This document shows, piece after piece, positions 45,982-54,962 of a DNA stretch of 64,000 bases (position 1 is its first letter; each line of letters opens with the position of its first letter). Made by a program: the position numbers and the translations under genes. The DNA is from Alphaproteobacteria bacterium (GTDB taxonomy: Bacteria; Pseudomonadota; Alphaproteobacteria; Rs-D84). Location: positions 215,892-279,891 of the forward strand of contig JAWPOF010000007.1 in the NCBI GenBank assembly GCA_033345275.1. The letters run 5' to 3'. The notes under the pieces are model-generated. The model was not told the DNA's origin, did not search any database, and saw only the letters and a program-made list of their open reading frames with translations.

Positions 45982-47155
45982 AAAATCCAGCAAACGCATT
46001 CTGAAATACGGTGTGTTTGCGCTGGCAATTATTGGTACGATTGCAGTGTTTAGTGGTGGTGGCGATGAAAAACGCAACTATATCACGATAAATATAACGC
46101 GTGGCGACCTGTCCTATACGGTCAGTGCAACCGGTGAAATTCAACCTGTCAACACAGTAAATGTGGGTTCGCAAGTATCGGGAACAATTGACAATCTGTA
46201 TGTTGACTTTAATTCCAACGTTAAAAAAGGCGATATATTGCTGACGATTGAACCATCTGTTCTTCAGGCATCTGTTGACGAGGCCATGGCATCACTAACA
46301 TCTGCAAAATCCCAACGGGATTTCGCATTCAGCGAATACAAACGCAACAAAACCTTGTATAACGATGGCTTTATTTCACGTGCAGAAATGGAACAATCCG
46401 AAACCACATATAACCAGGCCGAACAATCTGTTAAAAAAGCCCAATCTACATACGACCGTGCGGTGACAAATCTGGGCTATGCAACGATTACATCCCCTGT
46501 CGATGGCACAGTTATATCACGCAAAGTTGATGTTGGTCAAACGGTTGCGGCATCTTTTTCAACACCCGACCTGTTTGAAATCGCCGAAGACCTGACCAAA
46601 ATGCAGATTGAAACATCTGTATCCGAGGCAGACATTGGTGTTATCCGCGAAGGTCAACCCGTCACATTCACCGTTGATGCATACCCAACAGATATTTTTA
46701 ACGGCACTGTTCGTCAGGTTCGCTTGTCCCCCACAACAACATCCAACGTTGTCGTTTATACGGTTGTAATTGATGTTGATAATTCTGATATGCGCCTGAT
46801 GCCAGGAATGACCGCATTCGTAACCGTTATTATCAACAGTGCTGAAAATGTGTACAAAGCACAAAATGCCGCTTTCCTTATTCGCAATTTCAAAAGCATT
46901 GACCCAACATTAGATGAAACGATTACACCCGACACCCATCTGGCAATTATGCGTGATGGTGAAATTCAATTTATTGAATATAAAAAAGGGCTGGAATCTG
47001 CCACAGAAACACAAATTATATCAGACCAGATAATGGATGGCGACCGCATCGTTGTCGGTGTCCAAGGACAAACATCCACAACCCAATCAAGCAACAATCG
47101 CGGTGGTCCAATGGGCGGTCCTGGTGGTGGCGGTCCAATGGGTAGACCAATGTAA
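45956..47155 (+). CDS. macA: HlyD/MacA-family periplasmic adaptor
   Basis: It has an N-terminal TM, 'ATGEIQPVNTVNVGSQVSGTI', a coiled-coil hairpin, 'ATITSPVDGTVISRKVDVGQTV' and a Gly-rich tail. Confidence 0.8.
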   Translation: MKNKQTKNKKSSKRILKYGVFALAIIGTIAVFSGGGDEKRNYITINITRGDLSYTVSATGEIQPVNTVNVGSQVSGTIDNLYVDFNSNVKKGDILLTIEPSVLQASVDEAMASLTSAKSQRDFAFSEYKRNKTLYNDGFISRAEMEQSETTYNQAEQSVKKAQSTYDRAVTNLGYATITSPVDGTVISRKVDVGQTVAASFSTPDLFEIAEDLTKMQIETSVSEADIGVIREGQPVTFTVDAYPTDIFNGTVRQVRLSPTTTSNVVVYTVVIDVDNSDMRLMPGMTAFVTVIINSAENVYKAQNAAFLIRNFKSIDPTLDETITPDTHLAIMRDGEIQFIEYKKGLESATETQIISDQIMDGDRIVVGVQGQTSTTQSSNNRGGPMGGPGGGGPMGRPM

Positions 47156-47168
47156 TATGGGGGCGACT

Positions 47169-47906
47169 ATGGCAAAAAATACACCTGTTATTTCAATGCA
47201 TAAAATCTGCAAATCGTTTCCCATGGAAATGGGCGGCGAACAACAGGTTTTATTTGACAACACATTTGATATTTATTCTGGCGAATTTGTATCTATTATG
47301 GGACCATCAGGGTCTGGCAAATCAACATGTATGAACATTATTGGTGCGCTGGACACCGCCACATCTGGGACATATAAACTCTATGGCACAGATATTACAA
47401 CAATGTTGCCCGATGAATTGGCCGTTGTCAGAAATGAACATATTGGCTTTGTTTTTCAACAGTTTAACCTGTTGCCGAAACGCAATGTTTTGGACAATGT
47501 AATGTTGCCATTGATGTATCGCGGACTGCCAATGGCGAAACGGGTACAAAGCGCCCGCGAAATGCTGAAACTGGTGGGGTTGGAAAACTTTGAAACATAC
47601 CTGCCAACACAATTATCAGGGGGGATGAAGCAACGTGTTGCAATCGCACGTGCGTTGGCAGGCAACCCAAAACTGATTTTGGCAGACGAACCTACAGGCG
47701 CACTGGACAGTAAAATGGGAAATGAAATTTTACAGTTCTTCAAGAAATTAAATCGTGAACTGGGGATAACAATCATAATGATTACACACGAATTTGATAT
47801 TGCCATGTATTCTGACCGCCTGATTCATATCTATGACGGGCATATCACATACGATGGCAAAATCCCAAAATCAGAATCACATATACCAAAGGCATATAAA
47901 AAATGA
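47169..47906 (+). CDS. macB: MacB/LolD-type ABC transporter ATP-binding protein
   Basis: The start MAKNTPVI has a GGGGG RBS. It has Walker A 'GPSGSGKST', signature 'LSGGMKQRVAIARAL' and Walker B 'ILADEPTGALD'. Confidence 0.88.
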   Translation: MAKNTPVISMHKICKSFPMEMGGEQQVLFDNTFDIYSGEFVSIMGPSGSGKSTCMNIIGALDTATSGTYKLYGTDITTMLPDELAVVRNEHIGFVFQQFNLLPKRNVLDNVMLPLMYRGLPMAKRVQSAREMLKLVGLENFETYLPTQLSGGMKQRVAIARALAGNPKLILADEPTGALDSKMGNEILQFFKKLNRELGITIIMITHEFDIAMYSDRLIHIYDGHITYDGKIPKSESHIPKAYKK

Positions 47907-49120
47907 ATATACAAGATATCGCCAAAGAATCATGGCTGTCCATCAGTGGTAATAAGATGCGGTCTTTTTTAACCGTCTTGGGAATTGTTATCGGTGTTAT
48001 GGCGGTGGTAATTATGGTGGCTGTCGGTGAAACTGTACAAAAATCCATCACAGACCAATTTTCATCGCTGGGGACGAACACCATTATGATACGAGCTGGC
48101 GCGGCACAGTCCGCCGGTGTGCGTGGTGGAAATCGCCAAACCCTAACCATGGACGATGCAGAATTTTTGGGACAATTACCCGATGTTGCGGCGGTCACCC
48201 CTGTTCAAAATGCTGCCGCCCAGGTTGTCTATGGGAATAAAAACTGGTCCACATCAATGGTCGGTGCATGGCCAGATTATGCAACCGTACAAAATATAGA
48301 AATAGAATATGGAACTTTCTTTGATATGTCTGCGGTACGAAACGCATCAACACATGCTGTCATTGGTCCCGAAACCGCCGAAGAGCTGGGGATGGGGAAA
48401 AATCCTGTGGGGCAAGTTATACGTGTGCAAAACACACCATTTACAATTGTCGGGGTCACACGTGCCAAGGGTGATTCATCTATGGGCAGCCAAGACGATA
48501 TGATTATCATTCCAATCACAACATTAAAGAAACGCCTGTCGGGTTCTCGTTTCCCAAATGCAGTACAAATGGTGTCATTAAAACTATATAACGATGCTGA
48601 TAATAATTTGGCAATTGAACAAATGACATTATTGTTGCGTCAACGACATAAACTGGACGACAATGATGCAGATGATTTTCAAATTACAGATATGAAGCAA
48701 GTCATGGAAACAATGGAAACTGTATCTGGATACTTAAAATTATTACTGGTTGCGATTGCGGCGGTGTCGCTTTTGGTTGGGGCAATCGGCATTATGAATA
48801 TGATGTTGGTTTCTGTTGCAGAACGCACACGTGAAATCGGTATTCGCAAGGCAATTGGTGCACGCGAACGCATGATTATTATTCAGTTTTTGTCGGAATC
48901 TGTTCTGATTTCTTTTATCGGTTCTATGATTGGTTTGATATTAGGGGTGGGATTATCCCAGGGCATTGGGCGTTTTGTATTGGGGTATGCTGTACCGTTC
49001 AGTATTTGGCCGGTTGTTGTATCGGTTACAGTTGCGATTGTGGTAGGGCTCGCATCTGGTGTTATGCCTGCACGCAAAGCCGCCAAATTACACCCAATAG
49101 ACAGCCTGCGATACGAGTAA
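47903..49120 (+). CDS. MacB/FtsX-type ABC transporter permease
   Basis: The 405-aa product has TM1, a large periplasmic domain and a C-terminal FtsX 3-TM bundle ('ERTREIGIRKAIGAR'). It overlaps the ATPase gene by 4 nt. Confidence 0.85.
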   Translation: MNIQDIAKESWLSISGNKMRSFLTVLGIVIGVMAVVIMVAVGETVQKSITDQFSSLGTNTIMIRAGAAQSAGVRGGNRQTLTMDDAEFLGQLPDVAAVTPVQNAAAQVVYGNKNWSTSMVGAWPDYATVQNIEIEYGTFFDMSAVRNASTHAVIGPETAEELGMGKNPVGQVIRVQNTPFTIVGVTRAKGDSSMGSQDDMIIIPITTLKKRLSGSRFPNAVQMVSLKLYNDADNNLAIEQMTLLLRQRHKLDDNDADDFQITDMKQVMETMETVSGYLKLLLVAIAAVSLLVGAIGIMNMMLVSVAERTREIGIRKAIGARERMIIIQFLSESVLISFIGSMIGLILGVGLSQGIGRFVLGYAVPFSIWPVVVSVTVAIVVGLASGVMPARKAAKLHPIDSLRYE

Positions 49121-49121
49121 C

Positions 49122-49149
49122 ACACCGCCCGTTCTGGGCGGTGTTTTTA
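49122..49149 (+). terminator. terminator after the exporter operon
   Basis: ACACCGCCCGTTCTGGGCGGTGT is followed by TTTTT, immediately after the stop. Confidence 0.8.
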
Positions 49150-49281
49150 TACCAAAATTCCTGTGTAAAAAATATGTAAAACTAAAACCATATCCGGACC
49201 AAGATATAAAAAGCTTGTTTATTTCCCTGGCTATTCCATTTTTTGTTGGCATTGTTGTGTTGAAAAAACAAGAGGCACAAC

Positions 49282-49815
49282 ATGACAGCAATAAACAAGC
49301 AACACGGATTTTATGGTGCGCTGGCGGCGCACTATGACAGTCCAGACCACCGAAAAGCAATCTGGGACGTGACGGTCAAACGCCTGAGGCAAATTCACCC
49401 CGAAAAGTCCGCCGAAGAAATCATAAACTTTCTGAACAGTCGCGCCGGGCGACACCTGGCCGACGAGATATTCGACGGTCCCGGCACCATGAGTTATGGG
49501 GTTGCAATGCTGCGTGTGGCAATGCTGAACAAACTAAAAATGGCCAAGTGGTGGGCATATCACACCGGTACAACACCATGCCCCGTCACGGTGGACAAGC
49601 GCATGCTGTACCGGTCCGCAATCAAGAACGAAATGCGCAACTGCCGCATCCGCAAATTGGTGGACGGTGCGCTGGCCTGTGCCCAGGACGACGTATGGCA
49701 GACCCCAGAAATGTGGTTAAAATCAGACCTGACGGGGCTGGACGAACTGGAAATGATATGGACACAGATTCAGCAAGAACTAAAAACCAAAGGCACCGCA
49801 CATGGAAACGATTGA
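49282..49815 (+). CDS. hypothetical protein (island)
   Basis: The 177-aa ORF is visibly GC-richer than its neighbours and overlaps the next ORF by 14 nt. Confidence 0.45.
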   Translation: MTAINKQHGFYGALAAHYDSPDHRKAIWDVTVKRLRQIHPEKSAEEIINFLNSRAGRHLADEIFDGPGTMSYGVAMLRVAMLNKLKMAKWWAYHTGTTPCPVTVDKRMLYRSAIKNEMRNCRIRKLVDGALACAQDDVWQTPEMWLKSDLTGLDELEMIWTQIQQELKTKGTAHGND

Positions 49816-50077
49816 TGCGCTGGAACGCAAACTGCATGCTGCCCGGCGGGGTGTGCCGGGGGCGAGATATCAAACAGGCCTGGTCATTGACCTGAACGGA
49901 CCGGAGGGCAATATCTTCTATCTTATGGGTGTGTGCAATCACCTGGTGCGTGAACTTGGGTTGTCAGCACAACTAAAACACGAATACGAAACAGAAATCA
50001 ACTCTGCGGACGACTATCAATCCCGCCTGACCATCATGCAAAAATGGTTTGGGATTGTGTTCGTAAATTACGGATAA
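49802..50077 (+). CDS. hypothetical protein (island)
   Basis: The 91-aa ORF appears translationally coupled to the preceding ORF. Confidence 0.4.
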   Translation: METIDALERKLHAARRGVPGARYQTGLVIDLNGPEGNIFYLMGVCNHLVRELGLSAQLKHEYETEINSADDYQSRLTIMQKWFGIVFVNYG

Positions 50078-50089
50078 ATTACCGTTAAA

Positions 50090-50692
50090 TCAAAATTTAT
50101 CTCTCAAAATGCAAAAACGTCTGCGTTTATGAAACTTTCTTTGAGCTTTGTCTTTTTCTCGGCATTTTTTACATTTTTCTTGATATGCGGACTTTTTATC
50201 TGCATAAAATTTATTCATCTCTTCTAGGTAATCTTTAAAAGAATTTTGCAACTGTTTCGTGTTTTTATTTTTAGTGTATTTATCAAGAATATGTTGATGC
50301 TTTTTGTCTTGCATAACTATCAATGTACCTACCTGATCGAATAACTCCATGTATGACCATTTTGGTAATTTTTTACGATATATTCCAAGATTGGTACGAA
50401 TCCGTAATGAAACGGTTTTTACTTTTTCGAATCCAGTAATATCGGAAAGATAATGCTCAAAGACCTGTTTGTTGGTTTGTAGGATGTTTTTTGTGTGTTT
50501 AGAACCTCTATACGCGTCTTTTGGATCGATAAACAAGAAGTCAATCTCTTCTTCCGATAAAGGCAAAAGCTTTAATTCGCAGTTTTGCTGTAGATGAAAA
50601 CAAAGGTTAAAATTTCGATAGTCGTGTAGTGTGAATATAAGCGCAACATCTTTAATTGTCAAAGTCTCTCTTGACAAGTTTCTAATTGACAA
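50090..50692 (-). CDS. hypothetical protein with strongly basic C-terminus (island moron)
   Basis: The 200-aa ORF is AT-rich, antisense to the flanking island genes, and has an apparent TTG start. Its tail is 'KKCREKDKAQRKFHKRRR'. Confidence 0.4.
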   Translation of the reverse strand: MSIRNLSRETLTIKDVALIFTLHDYRNFNLCFHLQQNCELKLLPLSEEEIDFLFIDPKDAYRGSKHTKNILQTNKQVFEHYLSDITGFEKVKTVSLRIRTNLGIYRKKLPKWSYMELFDQVGTLIVMQDKKHQHILDKYTKNKNTKQLQNSFKDYLEEMNKFYADKKSAYQEKCKKCREKDKAQRKFHKRRRFCILRDKF

Positions 50693-50723
50693 TGATACGT
50701 GTGGACGTTTTTCTGGATCTAGA

Positions 50724-50948
50724 TTAGCTTCTCTTATTTCGGGTATTTTTGCTTTTAGGGAGAATCTTGCAAATGTTCTTATGTATTTCCCTTAATGGAA
50801 AAAACAATGCAACGATCACTGCAGCAAAAGTTGCACAAACATTAGCTATATCCCAACCACTGACTCTGTTCAATTGTTCTAAAAGAACTGTAAATTCTGT
50901 GTCCGATAAAATTACCATTTTGCTACCCTTGGTATTTTTTTTATTCAT
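50724..50948 (-). CDS. small membrane protein (island moron)
   Basis: The likely start is MNKKNTKGSKM. It has one TM, 'IANVCATFAAVIVALFFPL'. It lies upstream of 50090..50692 on the same strand. Confidence 0.35.
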   Translation of the reverse strand: MNKKNTKGSKMVILSDTEFTVLLEQLNRVSGWDIANVCATFAAVIVALFFPLREIHKNICKILPKSKNTRNKRS

Positions 50949-51145
50949 ATAAATCCCACAAGTATTCAAACCTGTGAAAGTATTCTTGCACAAAAATGTC
51001 TAAAAACAAACAATTTTCGCTATTGAACTTGGTAGCGATGGCGGTTCGGTTGTTCAACTTATTGATTTTGTGGGTTACCCGAAAACAATTTTCTTACTTT
51101 ATTGCTTTTTCTTGATTTTTATGGATTATGGGGTATGATTTCTGT

Positions 51146-51598
51146 ATGAAAAATAATAATCGACGTGTTATTCTTAACCGTTTTTTTGAAGAATTGGACG
51201 ATGAGACAAAGTGGACCCGGGCACGCGTTGAGGCACAAATTTACTCTGCGGTCATCCTTGCTATTCAGATGGATAAAAACGACAAAACACGGCAACACAT
51301 GTTGGCAACATGGCCGGCGGAATGTTCCGTTCGATATGAATGGTTTGAATCTGTTATTGCAGACGTTAAATTGCCCCCAAATATAGCCCCCTTTGATAAC
51401 ACACACGATAATTTTTATAATGTTTTGGTGCATTGGTTAGATTCTGTGGACAGTGTCACAGATAGAAAATTATTGATTCTGCACTCAATCGGTTTATCAA
51501 TGAATAAAATTGGCAAAAAGACTGGGCTGTTACGTCAGACCGCCAGTCGTCGTTACACCAACGCAATCGATGCGCTGGTTTGGAAATTAAACCACTAA
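51146..51598 (+). CDS. phage-like regulator with sigma-70 region-4/LuxR-like HTH
   Basis: The C-terminal 'LILHSIGLSMNKIGKKTGLLRQTASRRYTNAIDALVWKL' is HTH-like. Confidence 0.4.
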   Translation: MKNNNRRVILNRFFEELDDETKWTRARVEAQIYSAVILAIQMDKNDKTRQHMLATWPAECSVRYEWFESVIADVKLPPNIAPFDNTHDNFYNVLVHWLDSVDSVTDRKLLILHSIGLSMNKIGKKTGLLRQTASRRYTNAIDALVWKLNH

Positions 51599-51759
51599 AC
51601 AAACTAACCTGTATACTTATATCGTACCTTTTTATACCGTAAAGTAACCTAAACTAACTTAATTTCCTTTTTGTCGCAAAAACGTGCATTGCGCACGGTT
51701 ATTTTTTATGCATATATCTTTACATAGACCCATCAAAACCCGAAACAAAAGGACAAACC

Positions 51760-51969
51760 ATGACAACAATATTATCCAAGGACGAATATATGACGGAACG
51801 TGCGCTGGCTGAAATGTGGGGATTGAAACGCAATACTTTACAAAAATGGCGCAGCACCGGTGTTGGACCAAAATTTCTAAAACGTGTTGGTCGCATTGTA
51901 TATCGGAAACAAGATATAGCTGAATTTGAACAAAACAACATATTCCAGCGTACAAGCGACAAGCAATAG
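51760..51969 (+). CDS. AlpA/excisionase-type HTH protein
   Basis: 'MTERALAEMWGLKRNTLQKWRSTGVGPKFLKRVGRIVYRKQDIAEFE' fits the MerR-like excisionase/AlpA pattern. Confidence 0.65.
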   Translation: MTTILSKDEYMTERALAEMWGLKRNTLQKWRSTGVGPKFLKRVGRIVYRKQDIAEFEQNNIFQRTSDKQ

Positions 51970-51978
51970 GAAACGGTT

Positions 51979-52560
51979 ATGAAACGGCTGGCCAATCCAA
52001 AATGGGCACTTTTATTGGAAAATATATCACGCGAAGAACGCGGCGATATATTCATGGCGGTTTTAAAATATCCCGATATAGAATGTTCAAGTGCTGTGTG
52101 GCCATTTATAAAAGCCGAACTATATGAAGACGATATTAAATACAAAGCCAAATGTGAACGACTGGCCACGAACAGATTGGCACGTTGGGGAGAACAGAAT
52201 TCATCAGATATCAAACAGAACTTATCAGATATCAGACAGAAATCAGATGCAATAGCAAATGGCAAGTACAGTACAAACACAATAAAACAAAGCAAGGAAA
52301 CGCATGATCATACGAACGATTTAATTCAAAAACTAGCAACCTCTTTCAGTCCATTGCGCGAGCATAAATATCATATAGACAACGAATTTTCACTGTCAAA
52401 AATCATTGAACGAAACCCAAAGTTGTTTCCAATATTTAACGAATTTACACCGGAACAACTGGAAAACGGGCAAGCGTCATTGAAACGCAAATGTATGGGG
52501 CAAGATAAAACAATGGCACAAATCATAGGATGGATAAGGAATGAAGGAAATTTTACATAA
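51979..52560 (+). CDS. phage-related hypothetical protein
   Basis: The 193-aa ORF is in the same operon-like string as the AlpA-like gene. Confidence 0.4.
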   Translation: MKRLANPKWALLLENISREERGDIFMAVLKYPDIECSSAVWPFIKAELYEDDIKYKAKCERLATNRLARWGEQNSSDIKQNLSDIRQKSDAIANGKYSTNTIKQSKETHDHTNDLIQKLATSFSPLREHKYHIDNEFSLSKIIERNPKLFPIFNEFTPEQLENGQASLKRKCMGQDKTMAQIIGWIRNEGNFT

Positions 52561-52673
52561 AAATATAATAGGTTCTGTGACGACTTTTCGCATTGAGGGT
52601 AACGGCGACCCTGACACTTGCCCAGCGACAGAAATAAAAAAACGGTGAACGGCGAACACTAAAAGGGGTAACG

Positions 52674-53153
52674 ATGTTATTATCAAGAAGAGAATATGCA
52701 GCGCATCGCGGGGTTGCGGTATCCGCGGTCCAAAAGGCCATTGAAACAAGACGAATAACACTAATAGACGGGAAAATAGACCCCGAAAAGGCAGATAAAG
52801 AATGGGCAGAGAACACTAACCCAGCCTATAACACCCCGCGCACAAATGACAGTTCTTCAAATTCTTATCAAAGAAGCAAAGCAATGAAGTCGACATACGA
52901 TGCAATGCTAAAGAAACTAGAATACGAAGAACGTGCAGGAAAGCTAATACCATTAGCACAAGCACAATCTGAGGCTTTTGCAGCAGCCCGATTTTCAAGG
53001 GAACAATTACTGATGATTCCGCGACGTGTTGCACCGCGACTTATCGGACAAACAAACATTTCCGACATTGAGTATATCTTGACCCAAGAAATTACAGAGG
53101 CGTTAAGAAATTTATGCAACATATTACAAGGAAACAAAGGAGAACAAAAATGA
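52674..53153 (+). CDS. terminase small subunit-like (Nu1-type HTH) protein
   Basis: 'LSRREYAAHRGVAVSAVQKAIETRRITLIDGKIDPEKADKEWAEN' resembles Nu1/DUF1441 N-terminal HTH proteins. This is from memory and not searched. Confidence 0.45.
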   Translation: MLLSRREYAAHRGVAVSAVQKAIETRRITLIDGKIDPEKADKEWAENTNPAYNTPRTNDSSSNSYQRSKAMKSTYDAMLKKLEYEERAGKLIPLAQAQSEAFAAARFSREQLLMIPRRVAPRLIGQTNISDIEYILTQEITEALRNLCNILQGNKGEQK

Positions 53154-53380
53154 CAAAAAACACAAAAACTGAAATCAAAACTGCATGGGATAAAACAGTT
53201 GCGTTTTTAATAAAACAATCAGACACAGTATCAGAAAACATCGCTTTGGAAATAATAGGGAAACCCAAAGATGAAATGCATGCAATTTTAAGTCGTGCAA
53301 TGACAGAATTCTGGGACATGGGCGAGCAATATTTCATACAAGAAATCCGCAAAAGCCAACAAAAAACACAAGAGCCTTGA
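53150..53380 (+). CDS. small hypothetical protein
   Basis: The MTKNTKTEIK start has RBS AAGGAG and overlaps the previous stop (ATGA). Confidence 0.4.
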   Translation: MTKNTKTEIKTAWDKTVAFLIKQSDTVSENIALEIIGKPKDEMHAILSRAMTEFWDMGEQYFIQEIRKSQQKTQEP

Positions 53381-53398
53381 TAGTCTTATTCACTGGAC

Positions 53399-54655
53399 TT
53401 GTGCGCTTTTATTATCAATGTTGTGTGTAACAAAGGACAACATATGCGAGCACTCAAATGTCAAAAGTTGGTTTTAACAACAGGATTTCTGAACAAGCTG
53501 AAATCTGACATTGATTTGCAGATAACAGATGCGGCACTGCCGGGGCTACAATGCCGGTATTCTGCCGCATCTGGGCGCAAAGTGTTCTATTTGGGATATC
53601 GCGTTCGCGGTTCATATCAACAAAAGCATATGAGATTGGGCACATTGGCGGAATTTAGCTTAAATGAGATTCGCGCACGTGCGATACAAACCAAGCAAGA
53701 TATCGCCAAGGGCCTGGACCCGCAATCAGAACAGCGCATACGCATAAAGCAAAACGAAATAGCCGCAGCACTACGGAAACAAGTCCGTGAACTAACCCCA
53801 ATATTTATGGAAAAACATTGTCGCGAAAACAATCGGGAAAACACCTATCGCTCAAACGAAATATTGATGCGCCTGTATATAATCCCATATCTTGGCGATA
53901 AATACATTGCAGATATCGATCTGTGCACAATCCAAGACATGTACGACAAAATCAAAAACACTAAAACCGTTGCTGTCGCACTACACGTTATGCGGTTATT
54001 GTCGACTTTTCTGAATTGGTGCGAAAAATACAATTATCGCACAATAAATTCAAATCCGTGCCATTTGGTTCAAAAGGCAAAATCCCCAAAGATGAACCAT
54101 ACGATTCTAGATATTGATGGTTATAAACGTTTATTTACTGCACTGGACGAGGCATTTTGTGCTGGGAAATATGCACCGCAAACCATCCTGGCTATTAAAA
54201 CACTTGCACTGACAGGCTGTCGCAGCAGCGAAATAACAAGCCTGGAACGGGACGAATTAGACCTAGAAAACGGGTATCTACGTTTAAATAAACGCAAAAC
54301 AGATGCATTTAATGTGCCACTGGGCGATCCAGCAATAGAAGTTATAAAACAGGCGTTAAGAATTTGTAAAAGCAAACAGTATGTTTTTCATTCCCCAATT
54401 GACCATACACGCCCATTAACCGATTTGCGTAAAGCGTTCTGGTGGGCATTGGACCGTGCGGAATTACCGCGTATGCGCATACATGACCTGCGTCATTCGT
54501 TTGCAACACTAGCAACCAGCATGGGCGAAGATATACGAATATTAAAAGACGTACTGGGACACACAAAAATCACCACAACAGAAATATACGCACACGCATC
54601 AAGTATTGCAGCACGTCGCACCGCAAACAATGTCGCCAGCATGATAACAGGATAA
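53399..54655 (+). CDS. int: tyrosine-type (phage) integrase
   Basis: It has 'LTGCRSSEITSL', 'RIHDLRHSFATLA' and 'LGHTKITTTEIYAH' (R..HxxR..Y). The start is possibly MRALKC at 53444. It ends 26 nt from tRNA-Arg. Confidence 0.92.
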   Translation: MCAFIINVVCNKGQHMRALKCQKLVLTTGFLNKLKSDIDLQITDAALPGLQCRYSAASGRKVFYLGYRVRGSYQQKHMRLGTLAEFSLNEIRARAIQTKQDIAKGLDPQSEQRIRIKQNEIAAALRKQVRELTPIFMEKHCRENNRENTYRSNEILMRLYIIPYLGDKYIADIDLCTIQDMYDKIKNTKTVAVALHVMRLLSTFLNWCEKYNYRTINSNPCHLVQKAKSPKMNHTILDIDGYKRLFTALDEAFCAGKYAPQTILAIKTLALTGCRSSEITSLERDELDLENGYLRLNKRKTDAFNVPLGDPAIEVIKQALRICKSKQYVFHSPIDHTRPLTDLRKAFWWALDRAELPRMRIHDLRHSFATLATSMGEDIRILKDVLGHTKITTTEIYAHASSIAARRTANNVASMITG

Positions 54656-54681
54656 ATTGGTGGGGAATCATACTTTAAACT

Positions 54682-54758
54682 TGGCGTGCCCAGCAGGATT
54701 CGAACCTGCAACCTATTGCTTAGAAGGCAATTGCTCTATCCGGTTGAGCCATGGGCAC
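54682..54758 (-). tRNA. tRNA-Arg (anticodon UCU)
   Basis: Reverse complement: GTGCCCATGGCTCAACCGGATAGAGCAATTGCCTTCTAAGCAATAGGTTGCAGGTTCGAATCCTGCTGGGCACGCCA. All four stems pair perfectly, with anticodon loop CTTCTAA and an encoded CCA. Confidence 0.92.
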
Positions 54759-54962
54759 AAAACCAACTCGTGGAATTCGGCGCAAACATGCGGTCAATTC
54801 CTGTGTAACATTCTATGTAACAAATATGTAACATTATACATACAATTACATACAATTCAATCAATCTGTGTCAAGTTTTATACAGAACTGATTTTCGCAC
54901 GCACCCGCATAAATCCAGCGTTTATACATCTTTATCCAAATCTATCCATAAAAATTGCGGAC

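Larger units (their letters stand above)
40344..54725. mobile_element. ~14.4-kb integrated island at tRNA-Arg(UCU)
   Basis: It has a 44-bp direct repeat at both ends and a tyrosine integrase 26 nt from the intact tRNA. It also carries AlpA-like, terminase-small-like and other phage-like ORFs, and has mosaic base composition. Confidence 0.8.
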
